DNA from: Camelus dromedarius
Lineage: Eukaryota
Reading direction: 5' to 3'
Length of the DNA: 64,000 nt
Assembly: GCF_036321535.1 (NCBI RefSeq)
Contig: NC_087436.1
Span: forward strand, 111,168,001-111,232,000
Made by a program: the position numbers and the translations under genes
Part shown: one piece after another, positions 25,658 through 39,316 of the stretch
How positions within the stretch are numbered: position 1 is the stretch's first letter
Layout of the letters: the number at the start of each line of letters is the position of its first letter
Notes under the pieces: generated by a model
Database searches by the model: none
What the model was told of the DNA's origin: nothing
The model's input: only the letters and a program-made list of their open reading frames with translations

Positions 25658-27904
25658 ACCTATACAACTAGGTGACTTAAGGTTGGAAATAATATATGAA
25701 ATGATAATCCTGACAAAAAAAATGTCATTTTTAAAATGTCAAAAAAAATTAAGTTATAGATACTGCAGAATTATGTATGATAAATAAATAAACTGACTCA
25801 TCTTATAAAATGACAGCCAAGAGTAAATAAAAGCTCATAAACCTCTGGCCATGATATCAGGACCTTCAAGGGCATCAGTTACCTTTTGGATTCTAGCAAG
25901 AAACTAAACAAAAGCTACAAAAATGATAACTACTGAAATCAATAAATTGATTTCAATAAATTGAGTTACTAATTTCTGACAAGCTAAAAAATCTTCACTC
26001 ATCTTTGAATCCCTCCCTACTTCTCCATCCCAGCTTTAGCACAATGTATAGCATCAAGACTAAGGGTATTTTTTTTTTAATAAATTCAGAGTAGTTGTTT
26101 CATTAATAGATTACAAATTCTGAATTGCATAAACATAACTTAAAATGGACCTACCAATTTTAATTACCATGAAATCATCTCTTTTCAACCATTTTTAAAG
26201 ATAGCCATGATAATGAAGAGACCACTCAGGAGTCTTTTTTAAAAGCTCTCTCCAAGAATTTATATTTAAGGCAACTTTCTAAAAAATGTATTGCTGTCCT
26301 TTTCTTACTCAAATTTGATAAGCCTCATTAAGCATCCCCAATTTCTCTCTTTATGTAAACACCTCAATTAATAGGAAATTGGTAAGAGTTCTAAGTCACT
26401 AACTCTTCCTGCTACAAAACACCTGAAAATGTATTTGAGATGATCAAGAAACTTCCATTAATTAATTGTTTCTGCGCCTGAGAAAACTAATCCTATCTAG
26501 AGACACTGCTCCAAAAAGAAAATCATCCTATATCTTAGGTATTCTTTCAATAATAATTAAAATACAATCTTTAGTTTTCCTTTTTATAAGTGAAAAAAAA
26601 AAGTTGATTTAAGTTACTTATTTCAAAACTCACAGATTAAGTAACAAAAGAAATATAAGAATGCCTGACCTCTTAAGAGTCAGAGGAACCAAGTTCTCCA
26701 CATGTCAGTTTTCACTAAGAATTAATCTGTGAAGCAGTCTTTGAGGAGATGCTCTCCCCATGTTATTTAAATATTTAACATTTCCTCATATTTTCTTGTA
26801 TTTTCTCCAACTTCTATTAGCATTTATTACTTTTATATAAATATATATTATTAAGCATTGCATCAAAACTCGTTCCTTTTGGAAACATTTCAACATGGCC
26901 CAAACAGCATTATAATGAATATTCCTGTTAAATATTAAAGCTTGAAATAATTACCATTAAAACACTTAGTAGATCTGCACATGTTTTTCATGATGTGCAA
27001 ATGAAATAGCTTGAGCTATAAGTCTAGAGCTCGAGCTGTAAGTTTCCGTATTGGCTCACATTTGAGATGTTTTTCCTGGATTCAGTGTTCTGTATACAAA
27101 ATTCAAACACATTCTTAGCTTTGTTCTCTAACATGTATGTGGGACCATTATAAGCAAAAGCAGAATACTATATTTCAAACAAAGAGAATTCAGGCCCATA
27201 ATGCATATAAAATGAAAGAAGGCTTTTTAAAAGATGCATCAAAATCATGAAATTTAAAATCTACACACCAATATCTATAAAATATATATATATATATATA
27301 ACCTTTCCCACTTCTGGGAATCAACCCTACAAAATCCCAAATGTACAAAAAAAAAATGTAAAGAAAGCTTAACATACTTTTATCAGTGAAAACTGAAAAC
27401 ACCTTAAATGTCCTTCAACAGCGGAGTAAATTAAATGTTACTGCCATTCTATGGAGTGATATGTTATGGACTGTGATAGATTTGTACGTACCAACATATA
27501 ATGATGTCAGATTATCAGTAGTTGAAAAAAGATAAAAAATATGTATAATGTGCTATATTTAAAAAATTATGCACTTGTGTGTGTGTAAGCGAAGAGAAAG
27601 AGGTTGGAAGTGTATACCCCAAATTGTTTAGCTGTTAACTCTAAAGGGATCAATGGGATTGTGGAATCAAGAGATAAAAGAGGAAATTGACCTTTTTATT
27701 CTATGTAATTTTGTATTTGAATTTTGACAAGAAAGCAGTCATGTTTTACTCGTATAATTTAAAAGTTAACAAAGTGAAAATTAGAGTAATTCAAATTACT
27801 TAAGAAAAAGATACTTTGAAAAAACATTTTTTAAAAAAGAAAGCCAAATAGTAATACTTTTACTTAATACTAAAACTAGCCACAGAGGTCCACCTTATCA
27901 GCTG

Positions 27905-28215
27905 GATAACTATGGTCCATGCACCAGATCCAGTCTGCTGCCCATTTTCAGCTTGCAAGCTAAGATTTTTACACCTTTAAACAGTAGTTAAAATATATAT
28001 GTAAAAATATATACAATGTGAAAATTACATGAAATTCTAATTTCTGTCCATAAAAAAAGTTGATGAAAGTTTTATCAGAAAACAGTCACACTTATACATT
28101 ACTTATTTTCTTTGGCTCCTTTGCACTACCACGGCAGAGTTGAGTCACTGTGACAGAGACAGGATGGCCCAAAGACTAAAATATTTACTACCTGGCACTT
28201 AGAAAAAGGTTGTCA
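27905..28215 (+). mobile_element. MER58B-like hAT-Charlie element
   Basis: aactatggtccatgcaccagatccagtctgctgcc...ggcagagttgagtcactgtgacagagac...aaaatatttactacctggc. Confidence 0.7.
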
Positions 28216-28471
28216 TCATCATTATCAACTTTATGGAGAAACGTTCACACTTTTAAGAAAATGTCCCAAAACATATTGACTTTGCTCTTTCAATGTACTG
28301 ACTAGCACAGGATATTCTTCAAAAAGACTCAATGTGCATACCTATTCTTTCTTGTCCAAAAAAAATAGATTTTAACTTATTCTCAATCAAGCATGGCTTT
28401 GAGGGAGGGGGCTGGGAAGTTGACACATACAACAACACAAGTACAGTCCAAACCAAAGGAAAAATTTTTAC

Positions 28472-28621
28472 CTCAGTAAATACTCTGCATACACTACAGG
28501 CTCTGGCAAAATCTGTTCTAAATATTCTTCACCTTCATCTCCTTTTGATTTCAAATACTCACAAAGGACACGCCAATACAAAGCAATTTCAGGAGTTAAT
28601 CTTTCCAATGGAATCAATTTC
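28472..28621 (-). CDS. NCAPG: NCAPG exon 7
   Basis: gaag|G, KLIPLERLTPEIALYWRVLCEYLKSKGDEGEEYLEQILPEPVVYAEYLL, AG|gtaaa; 150 nt. Confidence 0.94.
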
Positions 28622-29082
28622 CTTCATTCAAAAGGGAGAGAATGAAAGATAACTTAATATCCAGTAAAAATTTGAACTGAGTAGAAAAATGGAAATAAGA
28701 AACAGACTTGATTTATAACTGCTATCTTTTTAAATTCAAAGTCACTAATTTATTCACACAAAAAAGAATGAAAATATTTAGACCAGAAGAATCAAATGAG
28801 CAAGCATAGAGATGCAAGCTGTTGGATTTTCCATGGTAAGCTAATGCAAAAATCAACATAACAAAACAAAACAAAATACGCAGCTAAACTAGTCTATGAT
28901 AAAGTAGTGAGTTCTTACACAAGGAGGAAAAATAGAGAAAAAAGACATCTACCAGAGTTAAAAAAAAAAAGGGGGGTGGAGATAGAAGATATTAATACAA
29001 TCTTAAGTAATGGGGAAGGGGATTAATTTTAATTGCAGAAGTTCATCAGCTTCACATTTCAAATAATGAATACTACATATAC

Positions 29083-29275
29083 CTGCCATCATTATTTTTA
29101 CAGATTTCTGCAAGTTCATTAAGAGGAGTCACTGAAAATAAGGCATTGAGAACAGAGACGGCCACTTCAGAAGAATTTTCCACATCCAACCGATGAAGCA
29201 ACTCTAATATATTTCCTTCAGTAAAACGTAACCAGCCTTGGAGAAGATGTTTCTGCATTGCTTGTTTCACAGCAT
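29083..29275 (-). CDS. NCAPG: NCAPG exon 6
   Basis: cag|AT, AVKQAMQKHLLQGWLRF...EICKNNDG, AG|gtat; 193 nt. Confidence 0.95.
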
Positions 29276-30308
29276 CTGTTAAGTCATTTGAAACACGGGT
29301 GAACAATCTCCCTCCAGCTTCCATTCCTATATTTTGTCTGTTTTAATTAACTTTTTATCAGATCAATGTTAACATTAAGTCAACATGTACTATAAAAATG
29401 GGAAGAGACAGAGGCAAAACAAAGCATACTAAAGGAAAAAATAAAATACAATGATATTACAAAAGTCACTAAGATGCTTACTTTCAAATGAAAATAGAAA
29501 AGGTCAGAATAAAATACCCAACCACTACCACAGCCTACACAAATATTTTTGCATTCCTTCTCCTCTGGGTTTACTGGGCTGCAGGTTTGATTCCAGACTA
29601 TATGTAATACCTACTATTTCACTTGTTGCCTGAGTTCATCAATTTATTACACATGATTGCTATTTGCAGTAGTGAATCATACAAGCATAAGTCACTGAAC
29701 AAATGTTATTCTTAGTTTTTTAAAGTTATCCTGGTCATTAGTTCTCCGAGAATATTTGCAAACTATTGCTATAGCAATATTAAGCCGTCTTAGCATTCTC
29801 ATGGGGTCTGGAAATTTAAAATATATTCTTCATCATTGCTATAAGCAGATTCCCTAGCTGTCACAGGGAGAAAAAGGAAAAAAAAAATCGGAAAATTATA
29901 CTAGTCTGACCATTCCTAATTGTTTCAGATGCAGACACATTGGTATCAGGATATACACAAAGGGGATGTTTTTTTAAAAGGGGATGTACTTTAAAAGACA
30001 GCATTTTTTTTAAAGGAAGAGAGAGGGCTGAAAAAGAGATCCTGCCCTATTTCTGACTTAAGTTATTTTTTATAGCCTTAAACTATAGTTTCTCCATATG
30101 TAAAACAGAAAAATACTAACTCTGCTGCTTCTAAGTATCAAGATTTTTAACCCTAGGAAATGTATTCTATACAATATACCAAGATAGACTTTGACAGGCT
30201 GTGGGAAAGACACGCTTACCTGATCTAATTTACATCACTCTTTTCTAAACCTTTTAGGTCTGACCTCAAAATCTACTAAAGTTTTATGTATAAAGATGTC
30301 TAACTTAC

Positions 30309-30393
30309 CTGATCTGTCATTAAGACCTTGTTGAAGGAGCATTACTCTCTGAGCAATGGACATAGCTCTCATGTGAACCTTTTCAGCTAAAAC
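30309..30393 (-). CDS. NCAPG: NCAPG exon 5
   Basis: taag|VLAEKVHMRAMSIAQRVMLLQQGLNDRS, G|gtaag; 85 nt. Confidence 0.94.
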
Positions 30394-30683
30394 CTTAAAG
30401 AAATATTAATAATTTTAAAAATGGCCATTAAACTCAAAATAGTTTATGTATTTTATAACTAATAATATATCCTTAAGAAAATTATCAAGAATCTCCAAAA
30501 AAAAGTCAATATCTAGTAACACATTAACACAATAAAATTCTATCTAAATTACCTATACTCTCTGTGCATAAAAATCTCAAGTGAAGAAATCATTATTATG
30601 CCAAATATTTTTCAGAAGTATTTTAAGAATATGGCTTCTTGCCGTTTAAGAAAATGCCTACACAAGATATTGGACTTATTTAC

Positions 30684-30829
30684 CTGATAAGCCAGCTTTC
30701 TGACAGCCTCTTTCACATCCTTGGTGCGCCCTACAATTCTGGGCAAAGTCTTTGCTGATGGAGCAATACATGATAACACTGCCCGCCTAACTTCTGGATT
30801 TGAATCATTTTCAATCAAAGTAGCATATG
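30684..30829 (-). CDS. NCAPG: NCAPG exon 4
   Basis: ttag|CA, YATLIENDSNPEVRRAVLSCIAPSAKTLPRIVGRTKDVKEAVRKLAYQ|gtaaa; 146 nt. Confidence 0.95.
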
Positions 30830-31214
30830 CTAAAAAATAGAGCAATATATTTCAGTACACTAATAAAATATTATTTATTTACCCAGTCACAATATAGACC
30901 ACATTTTGATACTTAACAATATTTATTTTTAATCAATAAAAAATATAATTTTTTAGTCTTACACATTTAATTTTAGCTGAAGATTTTTTCTGCCAGCTTC
31001 TCTTAAAAACGGCAGAATGAGAAATTAGTCAATGGCCTGGGCATGAAGGCTAAAACTGAAAACAAATAGCTCTAAAGATCATAGAAAATTCACCATTAAG
31101 ATTATGTCTCTTCTTCAAGATTTAGACAAAAGTCTAGTATGGCCGGTAGTTTATTTTAAACTGATATGGCTTTATTTACTTATTTTTTAATTTATGTATT
31201 TATTTTACAATGTC

Positions 31215-32190
31215 ACATTTTTTAAGCTGACGAATAATATTATACATTACAGGTACACAATATAGTTATTCACAATTTTTAAAGGTCACACTCCATTTGT
31301 AGTTATTATAAAATATTGGCTATATTCCCCTGTTGTACAATACATCCTTGTAGCTTATTTTATACCTGGCAGTTAGTACCTCTTAATCCTCCACTTCCAT
31401 CTTGCCCCTCCCTCTTACTTCCCCCAACTGGTAACCACTAGTTCCTTCTCTACATCTGTGAGTCTGTTTCTTTTGTTATATTCACTAGTTTATTGAATTT
31501 TTTTTTAGATTCCATATGTAAGTGCTATATTACAGTATTTGTCTTTCTCTGTCTGACTTACTTCACTTAGCATAATGCCTTCCAAGTCCATCCACGCTGT
31601 ACACCAAAAACTAATACAACATTTCAAATCAACTGTACTTCAAGTAAAAAGCAAACAACCAACCAACCCAGTTAAAATATGTTCAGAACTGAACATTTAT
31701 CCAAAAGAGGAAATGCAGATGGCCAAAAGGAACATGAGAATCTGCACATTACTAATATCAGGGAGATGCAAATCAAGATCACAATGAAATATCAACTCAC
31801 ACCTGTCAGAATGGCCAACATTATAAAGAACACAAATAACAAATGTTGGCAAGGACATGAAGAAAAGGGAACCCTTGTACACAGTTGGTGGGAATGTAAA
31901 TTGGTGCAGCAACTATAGAAAAGAATATGGAGGTTTCTTAGAAACCTAAAAACAGAACTACCATATGGCCCAGCATTTCCACCCCTGGGCATATATTCCA
32001 GAAAAACAAAAGCATTAATTCAAAAAGACACATTCACCTCACTATTAACAGCAACATTATTTATAATTGCCAAGATATGGAAGGATCCTAATTGCACATC
32101 AACAGATGAACAGATAAATAAGATGTAGCACATATATGAAATGGAATACAACTCACCCATAAAAAAGAAGGATATTTTGCCATTTGTGGC
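31215..32190 (-). mobile_element. L1 3' portion with an internal inversion (3'UTR on minus ~31215-31600; ORF2 end on plus ~31650-32190)
   Basis: Two opposite-orientation L1 segments; the plus part translates as the ORF2 C-terminal region ([19 protein letters not shown]...[10 protein letters not shown]). Confidence 0.8.
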
Positions 32191-32239
32191 CCTTCATTGA
32201 CTTTTTTTTTTTTACTTCAAAAACTAGTATTTTATAACT

Positions 32240-32548
32240 GGCATAAACATTTCCATTGCATCAAAAAAAGCAAAACACCTAAAAATAAACTTAACCAAGG
32301 ATATTTTTATACTCTGAAAACTGTAAAACACTGATGAAGGAAACTGAAGATGAAACAAAGAAATAGAAAGATATCTTGTGCTCTTGGACTGGAAAAATAC
32401 ACATTGTCAAAACAGCCATACTATCCAAAGAAATCTACAGATCCAATGCAACCCATGTGAAAACACTGAGATTATTCACAGAACTAGAACAAACAATTCC
32501 AGAATTTATATGGAACCATAAAAGACCCCAAATTGCCAAAGCAATCTT
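32240..32548 (+). mobile_element. L1 ORF2 fragment
   Basis: [24 protein letters not shown]...[14 protein letters not shown]. Confidence 0.8.
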
Positions 32549-34025
32549 TTGTAGGTCTTTTTTTGTCTCTTATTCTTCTTCTTGTTCTCTTTTCTTACGG
32601 TTTGATGACTAGAGAAGATCCTTTAACATTTGTTGTAAAGGTGGTTTGGTGGTGCTGAATTCCTTTCGCTTTTGTTTACCTGTAAAGCTTTTGATTTCTT
32701 CATCAAATCTGACTGAGAGCCTTGATGGATAGAGTATTCTTGGTTGTAAGTTTTCTTCTTTCATCACTTTAAATATATTGTGCCACTCCCTTCTGGCCTG
32801 TAGCATTTCTGCTGAAAAATCAGCTGATAACCTTATGAGAATTCCCTTATATGTTATTTGTTGCTTTTCTCTTGTTAATATTTTCTCCTTAATTTTTGTC
32901 AATTTGATTACTATTTGCCTTGGTGTGTTCCTCTGGGTTGATCCTGTGTGGAACTCTGTACTTCATGGACTTAGGTGACTGTTTCATTTCCCAAGCTGGG
33001 GGAGTTTTTGGATATTATCTCTTCAAGTTTTCTCAGGTCCTTTCTCTCTCTCTTCTCATTCTGGGACCCCTATAATGTGAATATTGGAGCACTTCATGTC
33101 GTCTCAGAGTTCTCTTAAACTATCCTCATTTCTTTTCATTCTTTTTTCTTTCTTTCTGTTCTGCAGTAATGATTTCCACTAATCTGTCTTCTAGCTCACT
33201 GATCTGCTCTTCTGCCTCACTTAGTCTATTCTTGGTTCCTTCTAGTGCATTATTCATTTCAGTGATTTTATTCTTCAACTCTGTTTGGGTATTCTTTATA
33301 CTTTCCAACTCTTTGCTAAAAACTTAATTCTTAATTACTCCTCATGAGTTCTCTGAACATCTTCACCATTATTACTCTGAACTCTTTCTCAGATAAATTG
33401 CCTATCTCCTCATCACTTATTTCTTTTTCTGGGGTTTTATCTTGTGCCTTGTCCTGGGAGCTATTCCTCTGCCACCTCATATTGTCTTTCTATTTGTATT
33501 TTTAGGTAGGTTAGTTATGTTTCTCGATCTTACAGAGGTGGCCCTCTCTGGGAGACATCATATGCATCCCAGCAGTACACTCCTCTCTTGTCACCCAAGG
33601 GCCGGGGCCCAGCCAGTTCCAGTGTTTATAGTCTGGCCTGTGTTTGTGGATTCCTTCCAGGTGCTTTGGGATTGTTGTTTTATTATTTCTGGAATCTGCC
33701 CCCTGGTGGATAAGGCTGGACTAGAGGCTTATGCAGGTTTCCTGGAAGGAGGAGTTGGTGCCTGCCCCCCTGCTGGGTAGAGCTTGGTCCTGGTCCTCTG
33801 GTGGGTAGGGCCTTATCTAGGGTTGTGTCTAGAGGTGCCTGTGGCTCAGGAAGTCTGCTGATACCAGTATGTTGTTTGGCCTGAGGCTTCCCAACCCTTA
33901 AGCCTACAGGCTGCTAGGTGGGGCTAGGTTTTGGTGCTGATGATTTAATCAAGATGTAAGCCTCCAGAAAAACTCATGTACATGAACACTCTTGGAATGT
34001 CTGCCACCAGCTTTTATGTTCCCTG
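32549..34025 (-). mobile_element. L1 5' region and degenerate ORF1
   Basis: ORF1p-like coiled coil (LKNKITEMNNALEG...ISELEDRLVEI) and C-terminal domain (IRLSADFSAEMLQARREW...LQPRILYPSRLS). Confidence 0.85.
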
Positions 34026-34029
34026 CATG

Positions 34030-37000
34030 AGAGGAATGAATAAGTGACTTAGAAGACAGGATAACAGAAATAACTCAATGAGAACAGTAGGCAGAAAAGC
34101 AAGTAAGAATCTGAAAGCAATATAAGGCACCTATAGGATAATATAAAGCATGCATAACAGGAGTCCCAGAAGAAGAGGAAAGGGAATTCAAAATTGAAAA
34201 GGTATTTGAAGAAACCATGACTGAAAATTTCCCAAACCTAAAGAAGGAATCAGATATCCAAGCACAGGAAGCACAGAAGGTCCCAAACAAGAAGAATCCA
34301 CATAGACCTACACCAAGATATATTATAATTAAATGACCAAAGTTAAAGAAATGATTCTAAGGCAGCCAGGGAAAAAACAAAGTTAGTTAGAAGGGATCCC
34401 CCTATAAGGCTTTCAGCTGATTTCTCAACAGAAACATTGCAGGCCAGAAGGGAGTGACAAGACACATTTGAAGTCCTGAATGAGAAAATCTAGGATTCTT
34501 TATCCAGCAAGAGTAAACCTTAGAACAGAACGACAAAGAATTTTACAGACAAGCAAAATCTAAAAGAATTCAGCATTACTAAACCTATCTTAAAAGAAAT
34601 ATTGAAAGCTCTACTCTAAAAAAAAAAGAAGCAAGAAGCTACAGAAAGGAGAAAACCACAACTGGAGATGCAATAACTATAATGAGTTATAAGAGAATAA
34701 ACATGAAGATGTAAAAGAGGACATCAAAATCATAAAAGGTGGGAGAGGGGAGCAAGAAAATAGATTTTTTTAAAATTCTTTTTAGGATATGTCTGAGCTT
34801 ATATGACTACCAGTTGAAAGCAAGCAGATGGGTTAATATACTTGAAAAACAGTGTAACCACAAATCAAAAGCATACAATAGAGTCACAAAAACCAAACAG
34901 AAACCAAGATAATACAAAAGAAAATTATCAAACAACAAAAAGAAAAAGAAAAAAAAGAAAGGAAGAAAGAAAGAGGAAATATCAAATCAACTGGAAAACA
35001 AGTTCAAAATGGCAAAAACACACATCTATCAATAATTACTGTAAATGTCAATGGACTAAATGTGCCAATCAAAAGACACAGAATGGCAGATTGGATAATA
35101 AAACAAGAATCTACAATATGCTGCATACAAGAGATCCATTTTAGGGAGAAGGGTGCACATAGATTGAAAGTGAGAGGATGGAAAAAGATATTTCATGTAA
35201 ATGGAAACAACAAGAAAGCAAGAGTAGCAATACTGATTTCGGACAAAATAGACTTTAAAACAAAGGTCAAGAAGAAGGATAAAGAAGGACACTATATAAT
35301 GATTAAAGGAGCAATACAAGATGAAGATATTACATTCGTTAACATATATGCATCCAATATAGTAGGACCTAAATACATTAAGCAAATACTAACAGACATA
35401 AAGGGAGAAATTGATGGGAACACAATCATAGTAGGAGACTTAAACACCTCATTAACATCACTGGACAGATCTTTCAGACAAAAAATCGTAAGGCAATGGA
35501 GAAACTAAATGACACAATAGAAAAGTTGGATTTGGTTGATAGTTTTTGGACATTACATCCCCCCAAAAACAGAATATATATTCTGTTCAAATGCACATGA
35601 AATACTCTGTAGGATAGACCACATACTTGGGCACAAAAGAAGCCTCAACAAATTTAGGAGGATAGAAATTATGTCAAGCATCTTTTCTGACCACAACGGA
35701 ATGAAACTAGAAATCAACCACAGAAAAACAAATGAGGGAAAAAAACCACCGCCTGGAGACTAAACAACATGCTACTAAAAAAGCAATGGGTCAAAGATGA
35801 AATCAAAGAAGAAATTTAAAAATAGTTTGAGACAAACAACAATGAAAACACAACCACACAAAACCTATGGGATGCAGCAAAAGCAGTCCTAAAAGGGAAG
35901 TTCACAGCTATACAGGCCTTCCTCAGAAAACAAGAACACTCTCAAATAAACAATCTAACCTACCCCCTAAAAGAATTAGAAAAAGAAGAGTAAGCAAAAC
36001 TTAAAATCAGTAGAAGGAAAGAAATAATAAATATCAGGGAGGAAATAAATAAAATAGAGATTTTTAAAAATAATTTTTAAAAAAACCCAAACTAAGATCT
36101 GGTTTTTTGAAAGGGTAAACAAAATCGACAAACCTCTGGCCAGGCTCACCAAGAAAAGAGAGATGACACAAATAAACAAAATAAGAAAGGAAAATGGAGA
36201 AATTACAACCAATACAACAGAAATACAAAAAAAATCATAAGAGTATACTCTGAATAACAATATGGAAACAAATTGGACAACCTAGAAGAAATGGACAAGT
36301 TTCTGGAAACGTACAGTCCACCAAGACTGGATCAAGAAGAAACTGACCACCTGAACAGACTGATCACTAGAAATGAAAGAGAACCAGTGATAAAAAAAAA
36401 CCTCCCTAAAAAAAAAAGTCCAGGACCAGATGGCTTCACTAGGGAATTCTACCAAACATACAAAGAAGAATTCATACCAATCCTTCTCAAACTTCCCAAA
36501 GATTGAAAAGGAGGGAACACTCCCAAACTCATTCTATGAAGCCACCATCACCCTGATACCAAACCCAGACAAAGACACAATCAAAAAAGAAAATTACAGG
36601 CCAATATTACTGATGAACTTAGATGCAAAAATCCTCAACAAAATATTAGCAAACAGAACCTAGCAACACATAAAAAAGATCATATACCGTGATCACGCTG
36701 GATTCATTCCAGGGACATAAGGATGGTTCAACATATGCAAATCAATGAATGTGATACACCATATCAACAAAAGAAAGGACAAAAATCACATGGTCATCTC
36801 AATAGATGCAGAAAAAGCATTGATAAAATTCAACACCCATTTATGACACTCTTACCAAAGTGGGTATGGAGGGAAAATATCTCAACATAATAAAAGCTAT
36901 TTACAATAAACCAACAGCCAGCATACTGCTCATCGGTGAAATGCTGAAAGTCTTCCCCCTAAAATCTGAAACAAAACAAGGATGCCTACTCTCACCACTT

Positions 37001-39250
37001 CCATTCAACCTATTCAACATAGTATTAGAAGTCCTAGCCACAGCAATCAAGCAAGAAAAAGAAATAAAAGGGATCCAACCTGGAAGAGAAGAGGTGACAT
37101 TGTCACTGTATGTGGATAACATGATACAATACACAGAAAACTCTAAAAGCTCCAAACAAAAACTACTAGAGCTGATAAAAAGAACTCAGCAAGGTAGCAG
37201 GATACAAGATTAACATACAGAAATCAGTTGCATTTCTTTATACTAATAATGAAGTATCACAAAAACAAAGTAAAAGAAACAATCCCTTTTAAAATAACAT
37301 CCAAAACAATAAAATACTTGGGAAAAAATCTGACCAAGGACGTGAAAGACTTATACAAGAAGAACTACAAAACACTGATTAAGGAAATTAAAGGTGACTT
37401 AAAGAAATGAAAAGATAGCCCATGCCCTTGGATTGTAAGAATCAGTACTGTTAAAATGGCCATACTACCCAAGGTAAACCCAAGGATTTGATCCCTATCA
37501 AATTACCCATGACATTTTTCACAGAACTAGAACAAATAATCTTAAAATTTATATGGAATCACAAAAGACCCAGAATTGCCCAAGCAATACTGAAGAAAAA
37601 GAACGAAGCTGGAGGAATAACACTCCCAAACTTCAGATAACACTACAAAGCCACAGTAATCAAAACAGCAAATTGGCACAAAAACAGACATATCAATCAA
37701 TGGAACAGAACAGAGAGACCAGAAATAAACCCACAGACCTACAGTCAACTAATCTTTGACAAAGGAAGCAAGAATATACAGTGAAGAAAAGACAGTCTCT
37801 TCAGCAAGTGGTGTTGGGAAAACTGGACAGCTGCATGTAAACCAATGAAGTTAGAACACTCCCTCACACCATACACAAAAATAAATTCGAAATGGCTTAA
37901 AGAGAATATAAGACAAGACACTATAAACGTCCCAGAAGGAAACATAGGCAAAACATTCTGACATAAATCTTAGCAATGTTCTCCTAGGGCAGTCTACCAA
38001 GGCAACAGAAATAAAAGCAAAAATAAACAAATGGGACCTAAATAACTTATAGGCTTTTGCACAGCAAAGGAAACCATAACCAAAACAACAACCTACAGAA
38101 TGGGAAAAAATATTTGCAAATGATGTAACTGACAAAGGTTTAATTTCCAGAATATATAAAAAGCTCATACTACTTAATAACAAAAAAAACACCCAACCCA
38201 GTTCAAAAATGGGCAGAGGACCTAAATAAGCAATTCTCCAATGAAGACATATAAATGACCAATGGGCACATGTAAAACTGCTCAATATTGCTAATTATCA
38301 GAGAAATTCAAATCAAAACTACAATGAGGTATCACCTCACACCTGTCAGAACGGCCATCATTCAAAAGTCCAAAAACTATAAATGGTGGAGAGGGTATGG
38401 AGGAAAGAGAACCCTCCTACACTGTTGGTGGGAATGTAGTTTGGTGCAGCCATTATGGAAAACAGTATAGAGATTCCTCAAAGAACTAAAAATAAAGTTA
38501 CCATATGATCAGCAATCCCACTCCTGGGCATATATCCAGAGGGAAACTTAATTCGAAAAGATACATGCACCCCAATGTTCACAGCAACACTATATACAAT
38601 AGCTCAGACATGGAAGCAACCTAAATGTCCACTGACAGATGACTGGATAAAGAAGTTGTGGTATATTCATACAATGGAATACTACTCAGCCGTAAAAAAG
38701 AATAATGCCATCTGCAGCAACATGGATGGACCTGAAGATGGTCATTCTAAGTGAAGTAAGCCAGAAGGAGAAAGAAAAATACCATAGTTTTATCACTCAT
38801 ATTTGGAATCTAAAAAAAGAAAAAAGAAGACAATAATGAACTCATCTACAAAACAGAAACAGACTCACAGACATAGTAAACAATCTTATGGTTACTGGGA
38901 GAAAAGGTGGGAAGAGATAAATTTGGGAGTTTGAGATTTGCAGATGTTAACTACTATATATGAAAACAGATTAAAAAACAAATTTCTTCTGTTTAGCACA
39001 GAGAACTGTATTCAATAATAACTTTTAATGAAAAAGAATATGAAAATAATTATATGTATATGTGTATTACTGGAACATTATTCAATAATGAAGTTTAATG
39101 AAAAAGAATATGAAAACAAATACATGTATGTATGTGTATATACACACACACACACACACACACCTGTATTATTGGGACATTATGCTGTATACCAGAAATA
39201 GACACATTGTAAATGACTATACTTCAATTTAAAAAAAGAAAAAGAAAGAA
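34030..39250 (+). mobile_element. 5'-truncated, degenerate L1 (ORF1 C-terminal part, ORF2 from ~35009, 3'UTR, A-rich tail); antisense to NCAPG
   Basis: Endonuclease motifs (CCIQEIH, IIVGDLNT, RIDHILG, SDHNG), RT region ([29 protein letters not shown]) and C-terminal HCWWEC; many stops and frameshifts. Confidence 0.95.
39140..39162. repeat. (CA)n microsatellite in the L1 3'UTR
   Basis: Read directly from the sequence. Confidence 0.85.
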
Positions 39251-39316
39251 AATTCATCTGCTGAGAATTTAACAAAGTCAGCAAAACTGAAAAAGGATTT
39301 AGGAAGCTATACATAC

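Noticed and set aside
31150..31204. Three minus-strand AATAAA hexamers as an intronic polyA site for NCAPG
   Set aside because: They lie in a degenerate A-rich L1 tail; such hexamers are common in AT-rich introns and nothing else supports use.
35009..38700. Endonuclease/reverse-transcriptase ORFs as a novel RT system or active element
   Set aside because: Ordinary LINE-1 ORF2, broken by stops and frameshifts, with a mutated catalytic motif.
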